Shown: piece after piece, positions 55,074 to 64,000 of the stretch
Layout of the letters: each line of letters starts with the position of its first letter
Position numbering within the stretch: the first letter of the stretch is position 1
Translations under genes and position numbers: made by a program
Origin: Longimicrobiales bacterium
GTDB taxonomy: Bacteria; Gemmatimonadota; Gemmatimonadetes; Longimicrobiales; Gaopeijiaceae
NCBI GenBank assembly: GCA_965248195.1
Contig: CBDFIQ010000001.1
Location: 224,001 to 288,000, forward strand
Reading direction: 5' to 3'
Length of the DNA stretch: 64,000 bases
Notes under the pieces: generated by a model
Databases searched by the model: none
What the model saw: only the letters and a program-made list of their open reading frames with translations
What the model was told of the DNA's origin: nothing

Positions 55074-57719
55074 ATGAATCCGAAGCGCCTTTGCGTCCGA
55101 CTCACGCTCCTTCTGCTAGCATCAGTCATCGCCGGATCGGCGTTGGTCCCCACGCACGCCACGGGACAGCAGATCCCCTCCCCCGTGACCTTCTTCGGCT
55201 TCGAGATGGGTGCCGACCGCAAGCTCGCCCGGTGGGACAAGCTCGTGGAGTACTACAACCTCCTGGGGGAGCAGAGTCCACGCCTCGAGGTTGTCAACAT
55301 GGGGCCCACGACCATGGGTCACCCGTTCCTGGCCCTCTACCTGTCTTCTCCCGAGAACCTGGCTCGCCTCGACGAGCTCAAGCAGATCAACGCCACGCTC
55401 AGCGACCCCAGGGGAGTGCCGCAGTCGGAAATCGACCGTGCCATCTCAGAGGGGAAGGCGGTGGTGGTCCAGTCCATGTGCCTCCACTCCACCGAGGTGG
55501 CATCGGGACAGATGACCGCGGAGCTCATGTACGATCTCGTGACGCGCACCGACGAAGAGGTCATGCGCATCCTGGACAACACCATCGGCATCATGATTCC
55601 GTGCTTCAATCCCGATGGTGAGGTGATGGTCGTCGACTGGTATAACGAGACCGTCGGCACCGAGTACGAGGGAGTGGGCCCCCCGCGGCTGTACCACAAG
55701 TACATCGGCCACGACAACAATCGGGACGCGTTCATGGCCAACACGGTGGAGTCCCAGTACGGGGCCGAGATCATTTTCCGTGAGTGGGTGCCCCAAGCCT
55801 ACGTCGACCACCACCAGATGGGCGCGTATGGAGCCCGGATCTACGTACCGCCCTACGCCGAGCCGGTCCGTCCCTCGGCGGATCCCCTGGTGTGGAGGGA
55901 GATGAGTTGGTACGGAGCCCACATCGCCTATAAGGAAGAGGAGGCCGGCCGGGCTGGTGTGGTGAACGCCGCCATTTACTCCGGGTGGGGCCATTTCGGG
56001 TTCCACTGGATCACGCCCTTCCACAACATCGCGGGGATGCTCACGGAGTCGGCCAGTGCCCGTCTGGCGACACCGCTCTTCCTGCATCCCGATCAGCTCC
56101 AGGGGTCGCAGAGGGGCCTACCCGAATACGAGGAGCAGACTTCGTTCCCCAACCCCTGGCCGGGGGGCTGGTGGCGCGTGCGCGACATCGTGGAGCAGCA
56201 GAAGATCGCGGCCATCGCCACGCTGGACATCGCGGCGCGGCATCGTGAGACGGTCCTCACGAACGCGTACCTGAAGGCCACGCGGCAGACGGAGCGGGGG
56301 GCGGCGGGGAAACCGGCTGCGTTCGTGATCCCCGTCGACCAACACGACCCCCTCACTGCACAGAAGATGGTCAACAAGCTTCTAGGGCAGGGGATCGACG
56401 TGCAGCGGGCTGGCCGGGATTTCACGCACGAGGGCCGCGTATACGGAGCCGGCACCTTCGTGGTGTCCATGGCGCAGCCCAAGATGGGCGTCATCCGCTG
56501 GCTTCTGGGACGCACCTTCTATCCCGACAACTCCTACACGCGCAATCGAGACGGCAGCCCCATCCAACCCTACGACATGTCTACGGACAACATGGCGGAA
56601 TTTATGGGTGTGCGCGTGGATGCGGTCGACGAGGCCGTAGAGGCGAGGCTCACCAAGGTGTCCGCCGTCATCGAGCCCGCCGGCCGGGTAGCCGTGGGTC
56701 GGTTCGGATACGTGCTCGATGGACGACTGAACGACAGCTTCGAGGCGGTGAACTTGTTGCTCGCGGCCAACGTGGGGGTGCGGCGCGTGGATCGACCGGC
56801 GGACGAGAGCCTTCGTCCCGGTGACTTTCTGGTGGAGGCCGGTGCGCCGGCTGCGACCGTGGCCGACGTGGCCCGCCAGACGGGCGTGGACTTCGTGGCG
56901 CTCGATACCGAGGCGACGTCCGATAGCCGACCCCTGACGCAGCTCCGGATCGGGATGTACCAGCGTTACTACGGGGGCAACATGGACGAGGGATGGACGC
57001 GCTGGCTGCTGGAGGACTTCAGCTTCCCGTACGCCACCCTCATGGACGCCGAGATCATGGATGGGGACCTGCACGACGACTACGACGTGATCATCCTTCC
57101 GGCCGACGGCGTGGCGCGGATGACGGGTGAGCAGAGCGCACAGGGCGGACCTGGAGGCGGGGTTCAGACCTACCCGGAGGAGTACCGCAGCGGCTTCGGG
57201 CAGGACGGGGTGGACGCCCTGGAGGCCTTCGTGGAGAATGGCGGTACGCTGGTTACGTTTGCGGAGGCGGGAGCGCTTCCCATCGAGAAATTCGGGCTCC
57301 CCGTTCGGAACGTGAGGGAGGGGCTGTCCTCCACTGAGTTCTGGTCACCGGGCTCGACGCTGAGGGTGAACATCGACAACACGCACCCCCTGGCCTACGG
57401 CATGCCCGACCAGGGCCTGGCCACATTCCTGGGCAACAACCACGTGTACCAAATCGTCGCGACGCCACGAAACGAACGGGCCGACCGGATCGTGACGTTC
57501 GTGGATCGCGACGTCTTGCAGAGCGGGTGGCTGCTCGGGGAGGAGGTCATCACAAACAAGGCGGCCATGGTCTCAGTGGAGCACGGCCAAGGGAGGGTCG
57601 TTCTCATCGGCTTCCGTGCGCAGCACCGAGCGCAGACGCACGGGACGTTCAAGTTGCTGTTCAACACGCTCGTGGGCGACCCGGACGGGGGGGCCGATCT
57701 CGCCTTGGACGGAGGATGA
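55074..57719 (+). CDS. Exported M14-family zinc carboxypeptidase with C-terminal glutamine-amidotransferase-like domain
   Basis: LHSTE, NPDG, DNNRD, DHHQMG; MDEGWTRWLL. Confidence 0.92.
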   Translation: MNPKRLCVRLTLLLLASVIAGSALVPTHATGQQIPSPVTFFGFEMGADRKLARWDKLVEYYNLLGEQSPRLEVVNMGPTTMGHPFLALYLSSPENLARLDELKQINATLSDPRGVPQSEIDRAISEGKAVVVQSMCLHSTEVASGQMTAELMYDLVTRTDEEVMRILDNTIGIMIPCFNPDGEVMVVDWYNETVGTEYEGVGPPRLYHKYIGHDNNRDAFMANTVESQYGAEIIFREWVPQAYVDHHQMGAYGARIYVPPYAEPVRPSADPLVWREMSWYGAHIAYKEEEAGRAGVVNAAIYSGWGHFGFHWITPFHNIAGMLTESASARLATPLFLHPDQLQGSQRGLPEYEEQTSFPNPWPGGWWRVRDIVEQQKIAAIATLDIAARHRETVLTNAYLKATRQTERGAAGKPAAFVIPVDQHDPLTAQKMVNKLLGQGIDVQRAGRDFTHEGRVYGAGTFVVSMAQPKMGVIRWLLGRTFYPDNSYTRNRDGSPIQPYDMSTDNMAEFMGVRVDAVDEAVEARLTKVSAVIEPAGRVAVGRFGYVLDGRLNDSFEAVNLLLAANVGVRRVDRPADESLRPGDFLVEAGAPAATVADVARQTGVDFVALDTEATSDSRPLTQLRIGMYQRYYGGNMDEGWTRWLLEDFSFPYATLMDAEIMDGDLHDDYDVIILPADGVARMTGEQSAQGGPGGGVQTYPEEYRSGFGQDGVDALEAFVENGGTLVTFAEAGALPIEKFGLPVRNVREGLSSTEFWSPGSTLRVNIDNTHPLAYGMPDQGLATFLGNNHVYQIVATPRNERADRIVTFVDRDVLQSGWLLGEEVITNKAAMVSVEHGQGRVVLIGFRAQHRAQTHGTFKLLFNTLVGDPDGGADLALDGG

Positions 57720-58035
57720 CCCTCATGAGCCACACTACTTGGGGTTTTCCGTCGGTCGGGTCAGGGGTCAGGACGGGGGAATAGGTTCCGCGCTTGACGG
57801 GTGGCCCGCTCCGGGTCTACGGTGGCCATCCGAAGCCGCTAGCGGCCACTCACCGGAGGCCCGTATGACGTGGGTCTCCTCCGCAGCCGCGATGGGTTCT
57901 GCTTTCGAGGGTGCCCGTCTGGGCGAGTTCCAACGTGAGACCCGCGACCACCACACTTTGAGATCAGCTTGCCGGGGTCAAGCGCCGCCTCCCATCCCAA
58001 GACGAAGATCGCAAACGCATAAACGCAATGATGAG

Positions 58036-59492
58036 GATGGTGTCCCGCTGACAGTTGAAGGTGGTGGCTCCGGAGAGTCTCCTTGTTAGCCTGCCTTTCT
58101 CATTTCGGCAACCGGTTCATGGTCGTCGAGGTGGGCCCTGAGCATCCAGAGCTGGTCGTAGCCGATGATCCTCCGGTAGCTCTTCTCGGTCTCCACGAAC
58201 GAGGCCGCAGCCCAGCGCAAGGCCATCGCTCCGTTCTTCCAGTTGGTCACCCTGCGGGTCTTCTGTCTTACGCCCGAGTGGGTGCTGTCGATCAGGTTGG
58301 TCGAGCCCAGGCACTTCCTCAGCCGCGGCGGGAGGCCGAGCCGGTTGATCGTGAACATCTCGCTGAGGCCTTCGCGTAGGCTGGCCGAGGCCGAGGGGTG
58401 GTCGCGCTCGAGCCATCGGGCGAGCTGCTCGAGCTTCTGCTCGCCCTGCTTCGCGTCCAGCTTCATCGCCGCCCGGAACGCCGCCTTCACCTGAGGATGC
58501 TGATCCTTCGGCAGATGACCCAGCACGTTGCGGAGCTTGTGGTTGCGGCAGCGCTGGATGGGGTGACGTTGGCCGAACACCTTCTCGATCGCCTTCCTGA
58601 GCGCTTTCGAGCCATCGATCACGAACAGCCGCCGCCTGCCCGGGTCCAGGCCGCGCTCGACCAGATCCTCTAGGAGCGCGCTGGTCACCTCGGCGTTCTC
58701 ACTCGCTCCTTCCCTCACGCCCAGCACGTGCTTCTTTCCGTCTGAGTCCACGCCTACCGCAGCAAGCACGTGGTGCGAGCCCATCTGGATCCCGTCCAGG
58801 TAGATCACCAGGAGGTCCCACGCATCCAGCCGGCGCTCCATCAGCTCCTTCAGCACGCGCTCCGAGGCCTCGACCGTCTCACGGCTCACCGCCGACTTGC
58901 TCACCCCGACCGTGTCGGCCATCTCACCGATCACACGGCCGTACTTCCGCGTGCTCACCCCCGCCATCAGGACCTCGAGCATCCGATCCGCCACGGCGCC
59001 CGGTCTCCGCATCGCTGCGTACGCCGGCACCTCGACCTCGCCACCCTCCCCGGCGCCCCGGCGCCTGAGCCGTGGCCGCTCCACACGCACCTTCCGGTCC
59101 GACAGGTAAACCACACCACCCTGCCGGCCATACCACACCGTGTCGTCTTCCGCTCGTGACCGACCTGCCTGCTTCACGCCTGCCACACCCTCGGCGCTCA
59201 TCTCCAGCACCGCTTCGATCGTCGCTCGTCCCATCACCTGGATGACTTCGTCGATCGCGACCTCCGTCTGCTCCACGAGCTCAAGCATCGGAAGCAGAAA
59301 CTGCCCCTCCCGCTTCAGGAACTCCCTGATCGCGCGCTTGTCCGCCCGATCCCTTACCTCGTACGTTCTCTTCATCGTGGTGGCTCCGTGTTGGGGTTTT
59401 TGCCTACCCGAGCCTATCGGCCCGGGACCCCCGGAGCCACCACTTCTCTTTCTCCCCTATCAGGAACCTTCAACTACGGTTGGGACAGCTTC
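58036..59492 (-). mobile_element. IS256-family element 1
   Basis: Terminal inverted repeats GATGGTGTCCC..AGTTGAAGGT / GAAGCTGTCCC..AGTTGAAGGT; 8-bp target duplication ATGATGAG at 58028-58035 and 59493-59500. Confidence 0.93.
58086..59375 (-). CDS. IS256-family transposase
   Basis: GVSTRK, VIYLDG, VIDG, QRCRNHK, STNLIDS. Confidence 0.93.
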   Translation of the reverse strand: MKRTYEVRDRADKRAIREFLKREGQFLLPMLELVEQTEVAIDEVIQVMGRATIEAVLEMSAEGVAGVKQAGRSRAEDDTVWYGRQGGVVYLSDRKVRVERPRLRRRGAGEGGEVEVPAYAAMRRPGAVADRMLEVLMAGVSTRKYGRVIGEMADTVGVSKSAVSRETVEASERVLKELMERRLDAWDLLVIYLDGIQMGSHHVLAAVGVDSDGKKHVLGVREGASENAEVTSALLEDLVERGLDPGRRRLFVIDGSKALRKAIEKVFGQRHPIQRCRNHKLRNVLGHLPKDQHPQVKAAFRAAMKLDAKQGEQKLEQLARWLERDHPSASASLREGLSEMFTINRLGLPPRLRKCLGSTNLIDSTHSGVRQKTRRVTNWKNGAMALRWAAASFVETEKSYRRIIGYDQLWMLRAHLDDHEPVAEMRKAG

Positions 59493-59949
59493 ATGATGAG
59501 AGCGAGTAGCCCTGTGACCGCGACTAGCCAGACTACCCTCCCCAGCCTAACCAGGTCGAAAGGCCATGCCACTCGCTCCACGCTCGCTGCCGTCGCCCGC
59601 TCGAGGAGTTCCTGATAGTGAGCGTCCGCCTCCTCCACGCGCGGCCGGAGGTCCGCCTGCTGCCGCTCCCACTCCTCCTGCATGAGGCCGAGCGTCTCCC
59701 ATGGCTCCAAGTCCCCGACCGGATCGACCGGTTCCGTCATGAATTCGCGTAGCCTCGTCCGTTGGAGGCCGACGAGGTCGGCCAGCGCTTCCTGTTTCAC
59801 GATGGGCTCGCCGTCGACCACCACGTAGATTGGCGCGGAGTGCGCGATCGTCATGTCTCTATTCGCCTGCTTCGCACCCCACGCCCGAATAGCTAGCCAC
59901 TGGCTTCGATCGGCAGGGATCTCAGTCCGCAACGTGATCCGATTCCGCC

Positions 59950-61325
59950 GGTAGTGTCCCTAGATTTGTGTAAAAGCGGATAAGCTGGACAGGAGGGAAA
60001 GAAAAACGGAAGCTCCTCTGTTGTTGTTCACTGTCACATGAACCCGGGAGTCCGGGTCTGCAGAGCAGGCTCGGAACCGGAGAGGAGCTTCCGATGCAAG
60101 AGATTGTGGAGATCGGTCGGGCCACGCAAGACGAGCTACGCGATGATTTGCGCGAGCTGTTTCAAGGCGCGATCCGGCTGACGCTCGAGATGGTGCTGGA
60201 AGAGGAGCTGAAGGCCATGGTAGGTGCACGCCGCTTCGAGCGGGTGGGAAGCCGGAAGGACCATAGGAACGGCACATACCTGAGGCGGCTGCTGACGAGC
60301 CTGGGGCAGATCGAGGTCGCCATGCCCCGGAGCCGGGACAACGGTTCGCCGGCCGACGTGATCGGCCGCTACCAGCGCAGGAGCCCCGAGCTCGACGAGA
60401 TGATGGTCGAGGCGTATGTGAGCGGCGTGTCACAGCGCAAGATGGGCGACGTCACCGAGGCGCTGATGGGCGAGCGTGTTGGGCGCTCGACGGTGAGTCG
60501 TGTGGCAAAACGGCTCGACGAGGCCGTGGAAGGGCTGCGCCGTGCGCCGATCGAGGGGCCTCACCCCTATCTGTACCTGGACGCCACGTTCTTGGACGCC
60601 CGCTGGGCCCGCAAAGTCGAGAACGTGAGTGCGCTCGTGGCGTATGCAGTGGGCCCTGAGGGTCACCGACGGCTCCTGGCCGTCACGCTGGGCGCTGAGG
60701 AGTCGCAGCAGAGCTGGTCGGAGCTCCTCGAGCAACTCCAGGACCGCGGCCTCGGCGGTGTCGAGCTCGTGATCGCCGATGAGCACGCAGGCCTGGCAGC
60801 TGCGGTCCGCCGCTTCCTGCCCGAGGCACGCCGTCAGAGGTGTACGGTCCATCTGCAGCGTAATGTGGGGGCGAGGGTCCCCCACCGCCTACGCAAGCGC
60901 GTGGCGCGTGAGGTCTCGGTGATCTTCCAGACATCCGGACTCGCCGAGGCGAAGAAGCTCCTGGGCGAGTTCGGCGCACGCTGGAAGAAGGAGCTGCCCG
61001 AGGCCGTGGAGGTCCTGGAGCGGGGCTTCGGGGCAGCGACGCAGTTCTACGCGTTCCCCGAGGCGCACTGGCCCCGGCTGCGTACCACCAACAGCCTCGA
61101 GCGGCTGCACGGCGAGATCAAACGCAGGATCAAGGCCGCCGGCGCCTTCCCGGACCGGGCCAGCGCCCTCAGGCTCATCACGGCCGTCGCACTCAGGACC
61201 ACACACGTCTGGGGCGACCGGCGTTACCTCGACCTCTCACTCCTCCAGAAACAGGAGGTCGCCCAAGCAGCCTAGCCGAAGGCGAGGAGCTTCCTCCGCT
61301 TTTACACACAAATCGGGACTTGACC
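59950..61325 (+). mobile_element. IS256-family element 2
   Basis: Terminal inverted repeats GGTAGTGTCCC..TGTGTAAAAGCGGA / GGTCAAGTCCC..TGTGTAAAAGCGGA; 8-bp target duplication ATTCCGCC at 59942-59949 and 61326-61333. Confidence 0.94.
60094..61275 (+). CDS. IS256-family transposase
   Basis: RNG.Y.R.L.T, YLYLDA, IADEH.GL, QRC.VH, TTNSLERLHGEIKRR. Confidence 0.95.
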   Translation: MQEIVEIGRATQDELRDDLRELFQGAIRLTLEMVLEEELKAMVGARRFERVGSRKDHRNGTYLRRLLTSLGQIEVAMPRSRDNGSPADVIGRYQRRSPELDEMMVEAYVSGVSQRKMGDVTEALMGERVGRSTVSRVAKRLDEAVEGLRRAPIEGPHPYLYLDATFLDARWARKVENVSALVAYAVGPEGHRRLLAVTLGAEESQQSWSELLEQLQDRGLGGVELVIADEHAGLAAAVRRFLPEARRQRCTVHLQRNVGARVPHRLRKRVAREVSVIFQTSGLAEAKKLLGEFGARWKKELPEAVEVLERGFGAATQFYAFPEAHWPRLRTTNSLERLHGEIKRRIKAAGAFPDRASALRLITAVALRTTHVWGDRRYLDLSLLQKQEVAQAA

Positions 61326-63098
61326 ATTCCGCCCATTTGCCGCCTCTGTCGCCATGACGTCGCCGAGGACGACGATCTCCAGGCGATCCAGGGAATCGAC
61401 TTCAGGATTCAGTTCGACTTCCGCGACGATCTCGAGCCGGCCACCTCTGGTGATCCGGATCTCCGAGCCCATGGGCTGCCCATTCACGCTCAACTCGAGA
61501 AACGGCCCGTTCGTCACGTACACGTTCCCCCTGCTGTACGCGTCGAACCAGGCATCGACACTGAATGGTCCGTCTATCTTGGCGTAGTTACGAACAACTC
61601 CCGGCAGATCCATGAACGGGAAGTCCGATCCGGCCATCGGAAGGATCTTGTAACCAAGGTTGAGGAAGTCGTACCAGGGCTCGAAAGCGAGCCGCCCGTT
61701 CTGGAGGACTTCAATGAAGTCGACGATCCCAAAGGGCACGTCGAGGGCCAAGCCGCGTCTCCCGTTGAATAGCTGCCCGTGATGGGCGTATCCCGATATG
61801 CCCCCCTGACGACTCACCTGCTCAAACGCTTCGTGATACGCGAAGTAATCGTCTGTCGGAAGGTGGACGGGCGCCACCAGGTTGTAGTGCAGCGTGTGGC
61901 CGTGCTGGACGGTACGCGGATCTTCTTGCGAGGATACGATCACGTAGCCGTCCCGTTCGAACTGTCCTTCGCCGCCCCACGCAGGTTGCCTGAAATGTGT
62001 TCGCGACAGATTTCCCATTTGGGTCAAATTCATCAGACGCACGTCCTCCGCGGCCCCATATGCCCAAACGTCGTCGTCTTGAACGACATCCCGACCGATG
62101 TGCACGTGCCCGTCGCTCGAATACCACCCTCGTCCGGCCAAGTCGGCGTAGCGCTCGAGCGCAACATCAATGTTTGTGGTTTGGTCGGGTGTGATTTCGA
62201 CCCGGCTCCGATACGCCTGGTACTCGTAACCCCGTGTTACGACGATCTCATACGAGCCAGTGGGCACCTCCGCCTCATACTCGCCGTTGACGTAGAATGC
62301 CTGACGGTTCTCGGATGGCCAGAAAGCATGTTCGTTGACCCGAAGGCGTCGCACCTGGTCCCCGAATCGAGTGACGAGCACTGCCTGATCAGAAGGAAGC
62401 GGCAGCCGTCCGGTAGAATCGTAAAGTCCGACGCGGGCTGGTATCGAGCTGCCGGACTCGGCATCTCTGAGCCGCAAGCGGATTCGGCCCATGCGCGCGG
62501 GCGGCGAGGTGGTTCCGCTGCGAGTCAACTCGATGCCGCAGAGCGCCACTCCCCCGCGGCTGGACACGGCGATGTCAATTCCTCTGCTACCTTGTCCGGC
62601 GAACCGAGCTCGTTCCAGGGTGACAGTTACCTGCCGCAGTGCGGAACCCGGCTGGACCTGAACTTCCTGGCTGCCTACACCTTCCCCTCCGTTCGCATCC
62701 CAGTAGACCGTGAACGGCGCAGTGTAGGTCGGTGCGTAGGTGAGTGTGAGTGTCACGGACTCGTCGATGTCGAACGCATAGTCGTCGTCGACATCAAAGC
62801 CGAGCGCACCGCCGATTGCGCAAAGTCGGTTCCCTACCGAGCGCATCATCAACGTTGACCGGAACGCGCCGGATCCCAGCTCGGGGTAGCTAAGGGCGTA
62901 ACTCTGGGCTATCCGTGGCATGGTCCACTGAATAACCTCAACGTAGATGGGGTCATGGCCGTAGAGCGGGACGGGGGCAGCACTAGCAGGCAAGTAACCG
63001 CTAAGCGCCAGTAGAATGGACCGCATGACCACAGCCACTGGAGGCAGGCGAACTCTACGCATCGCGTTTGATCTCCGACTTTAGGTATTTTCGCACAC

Positions 63099-63126
63099 GA
63101 AAAGGCGATTTCAGCCGGAAATCGCC
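63099..63126 (-). terminator. Putative intrinsic terminator/attenuator
   Basis: Minus strand GGCGATTTC-CGGCT-GAAATCGCC followed by TTTT. Confidence 0.5.
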
Positions 63127-63240
63127 GGAATCACCCCCCAAAACAACCGAATACAACCGCTTTCAGAGATGCATTTGGGATGCAATGCTCACCGCGCTTC
63201 AGCAACACCAACGGCAGCCCCGCCACCAAGGCTCCACCTA

Positions 63241-63324
63241 ACCACCTGGCCACGGTTGTTGATGCCGCGGGCCTCACTTACTCCGTCTCCGTCCAGCGTG
63301 CCGAGGTCGGTCAGAGAACCACCT
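63241..63324 (-). pseudogene. Single HAF-type extracellular repeat remnant
   Basis: LTDLGTLDGDGVSEARGINNRGQVV. Confidence 0.65.
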
Positions 63325-63388
63325 CCGAGGACCTGTAACGGAGGCCACGGCGTGCCTCGAGACCGATCCTCATAGGCGACGACGAACG

Positions 63389-64000
63389 TCAGACGGCATG
63401 ACGCCGCTGCCGATCCCACTGCGGCGACAACACTTCGAGGGTTGCCCAGGCTTCGAGGTCTCCCATCGGATCGACGGGCTCGGACAGGAGATCCTGCAGC
63501 ATCTGACGCTGCTCCTGCACAAGGCTTGGCACGTCTTCCGTCTTCCAGAACGGCTGGCCATCAACCACGACGTAGATAGGCGCGCTGTGCGCCAGCGCGA
63601 CGTACGGACGCTGCTGTCCCTGGCCCGGCTGCGCCTCGTCCTGCTCACCGACCACGCGGATCGCAACCCACATGCTGCGTTCGGCCACCAGCTCCGTCTG
63701 CAACTCGAGACGCTCCTGACCGTTCCCTTCGGCCGTCGCGACCACGTTTCCGTGCACCACCAACTCCAGCTGTCCCATCGCCTGAAAGTCCGGATTTAGC
63801 CGGGCGATGGCGGCGACGTCGAGCGTCGTGCCGCGTGCCACTCGGAGCTCTCTACCCATGCTCTCCCCGTTGATCGTGAAGTCCAGAAGCGGACCATTCG
63901 TCACGAACGCGTGTCCCGCACGGAACGATCGATACCACTCGTCTGCATCGAAGGCTCCGTCCAGTTGGACGTAGTAGCGCTCAACCCCGGGGAGCGACGG
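63389..64000 (-). CDS. CehA/McbA-like metallohydrolase paralogue, 3' part (runs off the window; tail looks truncated)
   Basis: FVTNGPLL, AHSAPIYVVVDG, EPVDPMGDLEAW parallel the downstream paralogue. Confidence 0.8.
   Translation of the reverse strand, partial: PSLPGVERYYVQLDGAFDADEWYRSFRAGHAFVTNGPLLDFTINGESMGRELRVARGTTLDVAAIARLNPDFQAMGQLELVVHGNVVATAEGNGQERLELQTELVAERSMWVAIRVVGEQDEAQPGQGQQRPYVALAHSAPIYVVVDGQPFWKTEDVPSLVQEQRQMLQDLLSEPVDPMGDLEAWATLEVLSPQWDRQRRHAV

Larger units (their letters stand above)
57964..63062 (-). pseudogene. CehA/McbA-like metallohydrolase (749 aa reconstructed) interrupted by two IS256 elements
   Basis: SSDGHVH, YAH, AGSDFP, YVTNGP, AHSAPIYV; pieces 61326-63062, 59493-59941 and 57964-58027 rejoin in frame. 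Confidence 0.85.

Noticed and set aside
57793..58035. TTGACG-N18-TACGGT promoter and plus-strand ORF starting MTWVSS
   Set aside because: No family resemblance, and it overlaps the true 3' end of the minus-strand metallohydrolase
1..64000. tRNA, rRNA, riboswitch or prophage genes
   Set aside because: None recognisable by eye; an Infernal/tRNAscan run would be needed to exclude small RNAs

Overview
GC-rich bacterial window; the gene families and N-terminal motifs suggest Gemmatimonadota, but that is an inference. No rRNA, tRNA or CRISPR array was seen. (1) 1-10.9 kb is a low-oxygen/nitrite locus. It holds an IS3-disrupted tandem universal stress protein, a FixL-like PAS/HisKA_3 kinase with a NarL-type regulator, a copper nitrite reductase (nirK), and an upstream porin / di-haem cytochrome c / alginate-export-type porin operon. 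A 17-bp palindrome (GTRGGGAA-W-TTCCCYAC) recurs six times in the intergenic regions of this locus and was not seen elsewhere. (2) 11-57.7 kb is a patchwork of mostly exported hydrolases, peptidases and redox enzymes: amidase, arylsulfotransferase-like, cyclase, two Abhydrolase_10-like, two PQQ-dehydrogenase paralogues, amidohydrolase, Zn protease, M20, M14, and GH109 plus galactokinase. It also contains three frameshifted genes and many short remnants of kinase, cyclase, ankyrin and RCC1 genes. Three different families of near-identical promoter/leader modules (4, 4 and 2 copies) sit in front of unrelated genes. (3) 57.9-64 kb holds two CehA/McbA-like metallohydrolase genes with a HAF-repeat remnant between them; one gene is split by two different IS256 elements with clean 8-bp target duplications. 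All family assignments come from motif recognition by eye, not database searches.
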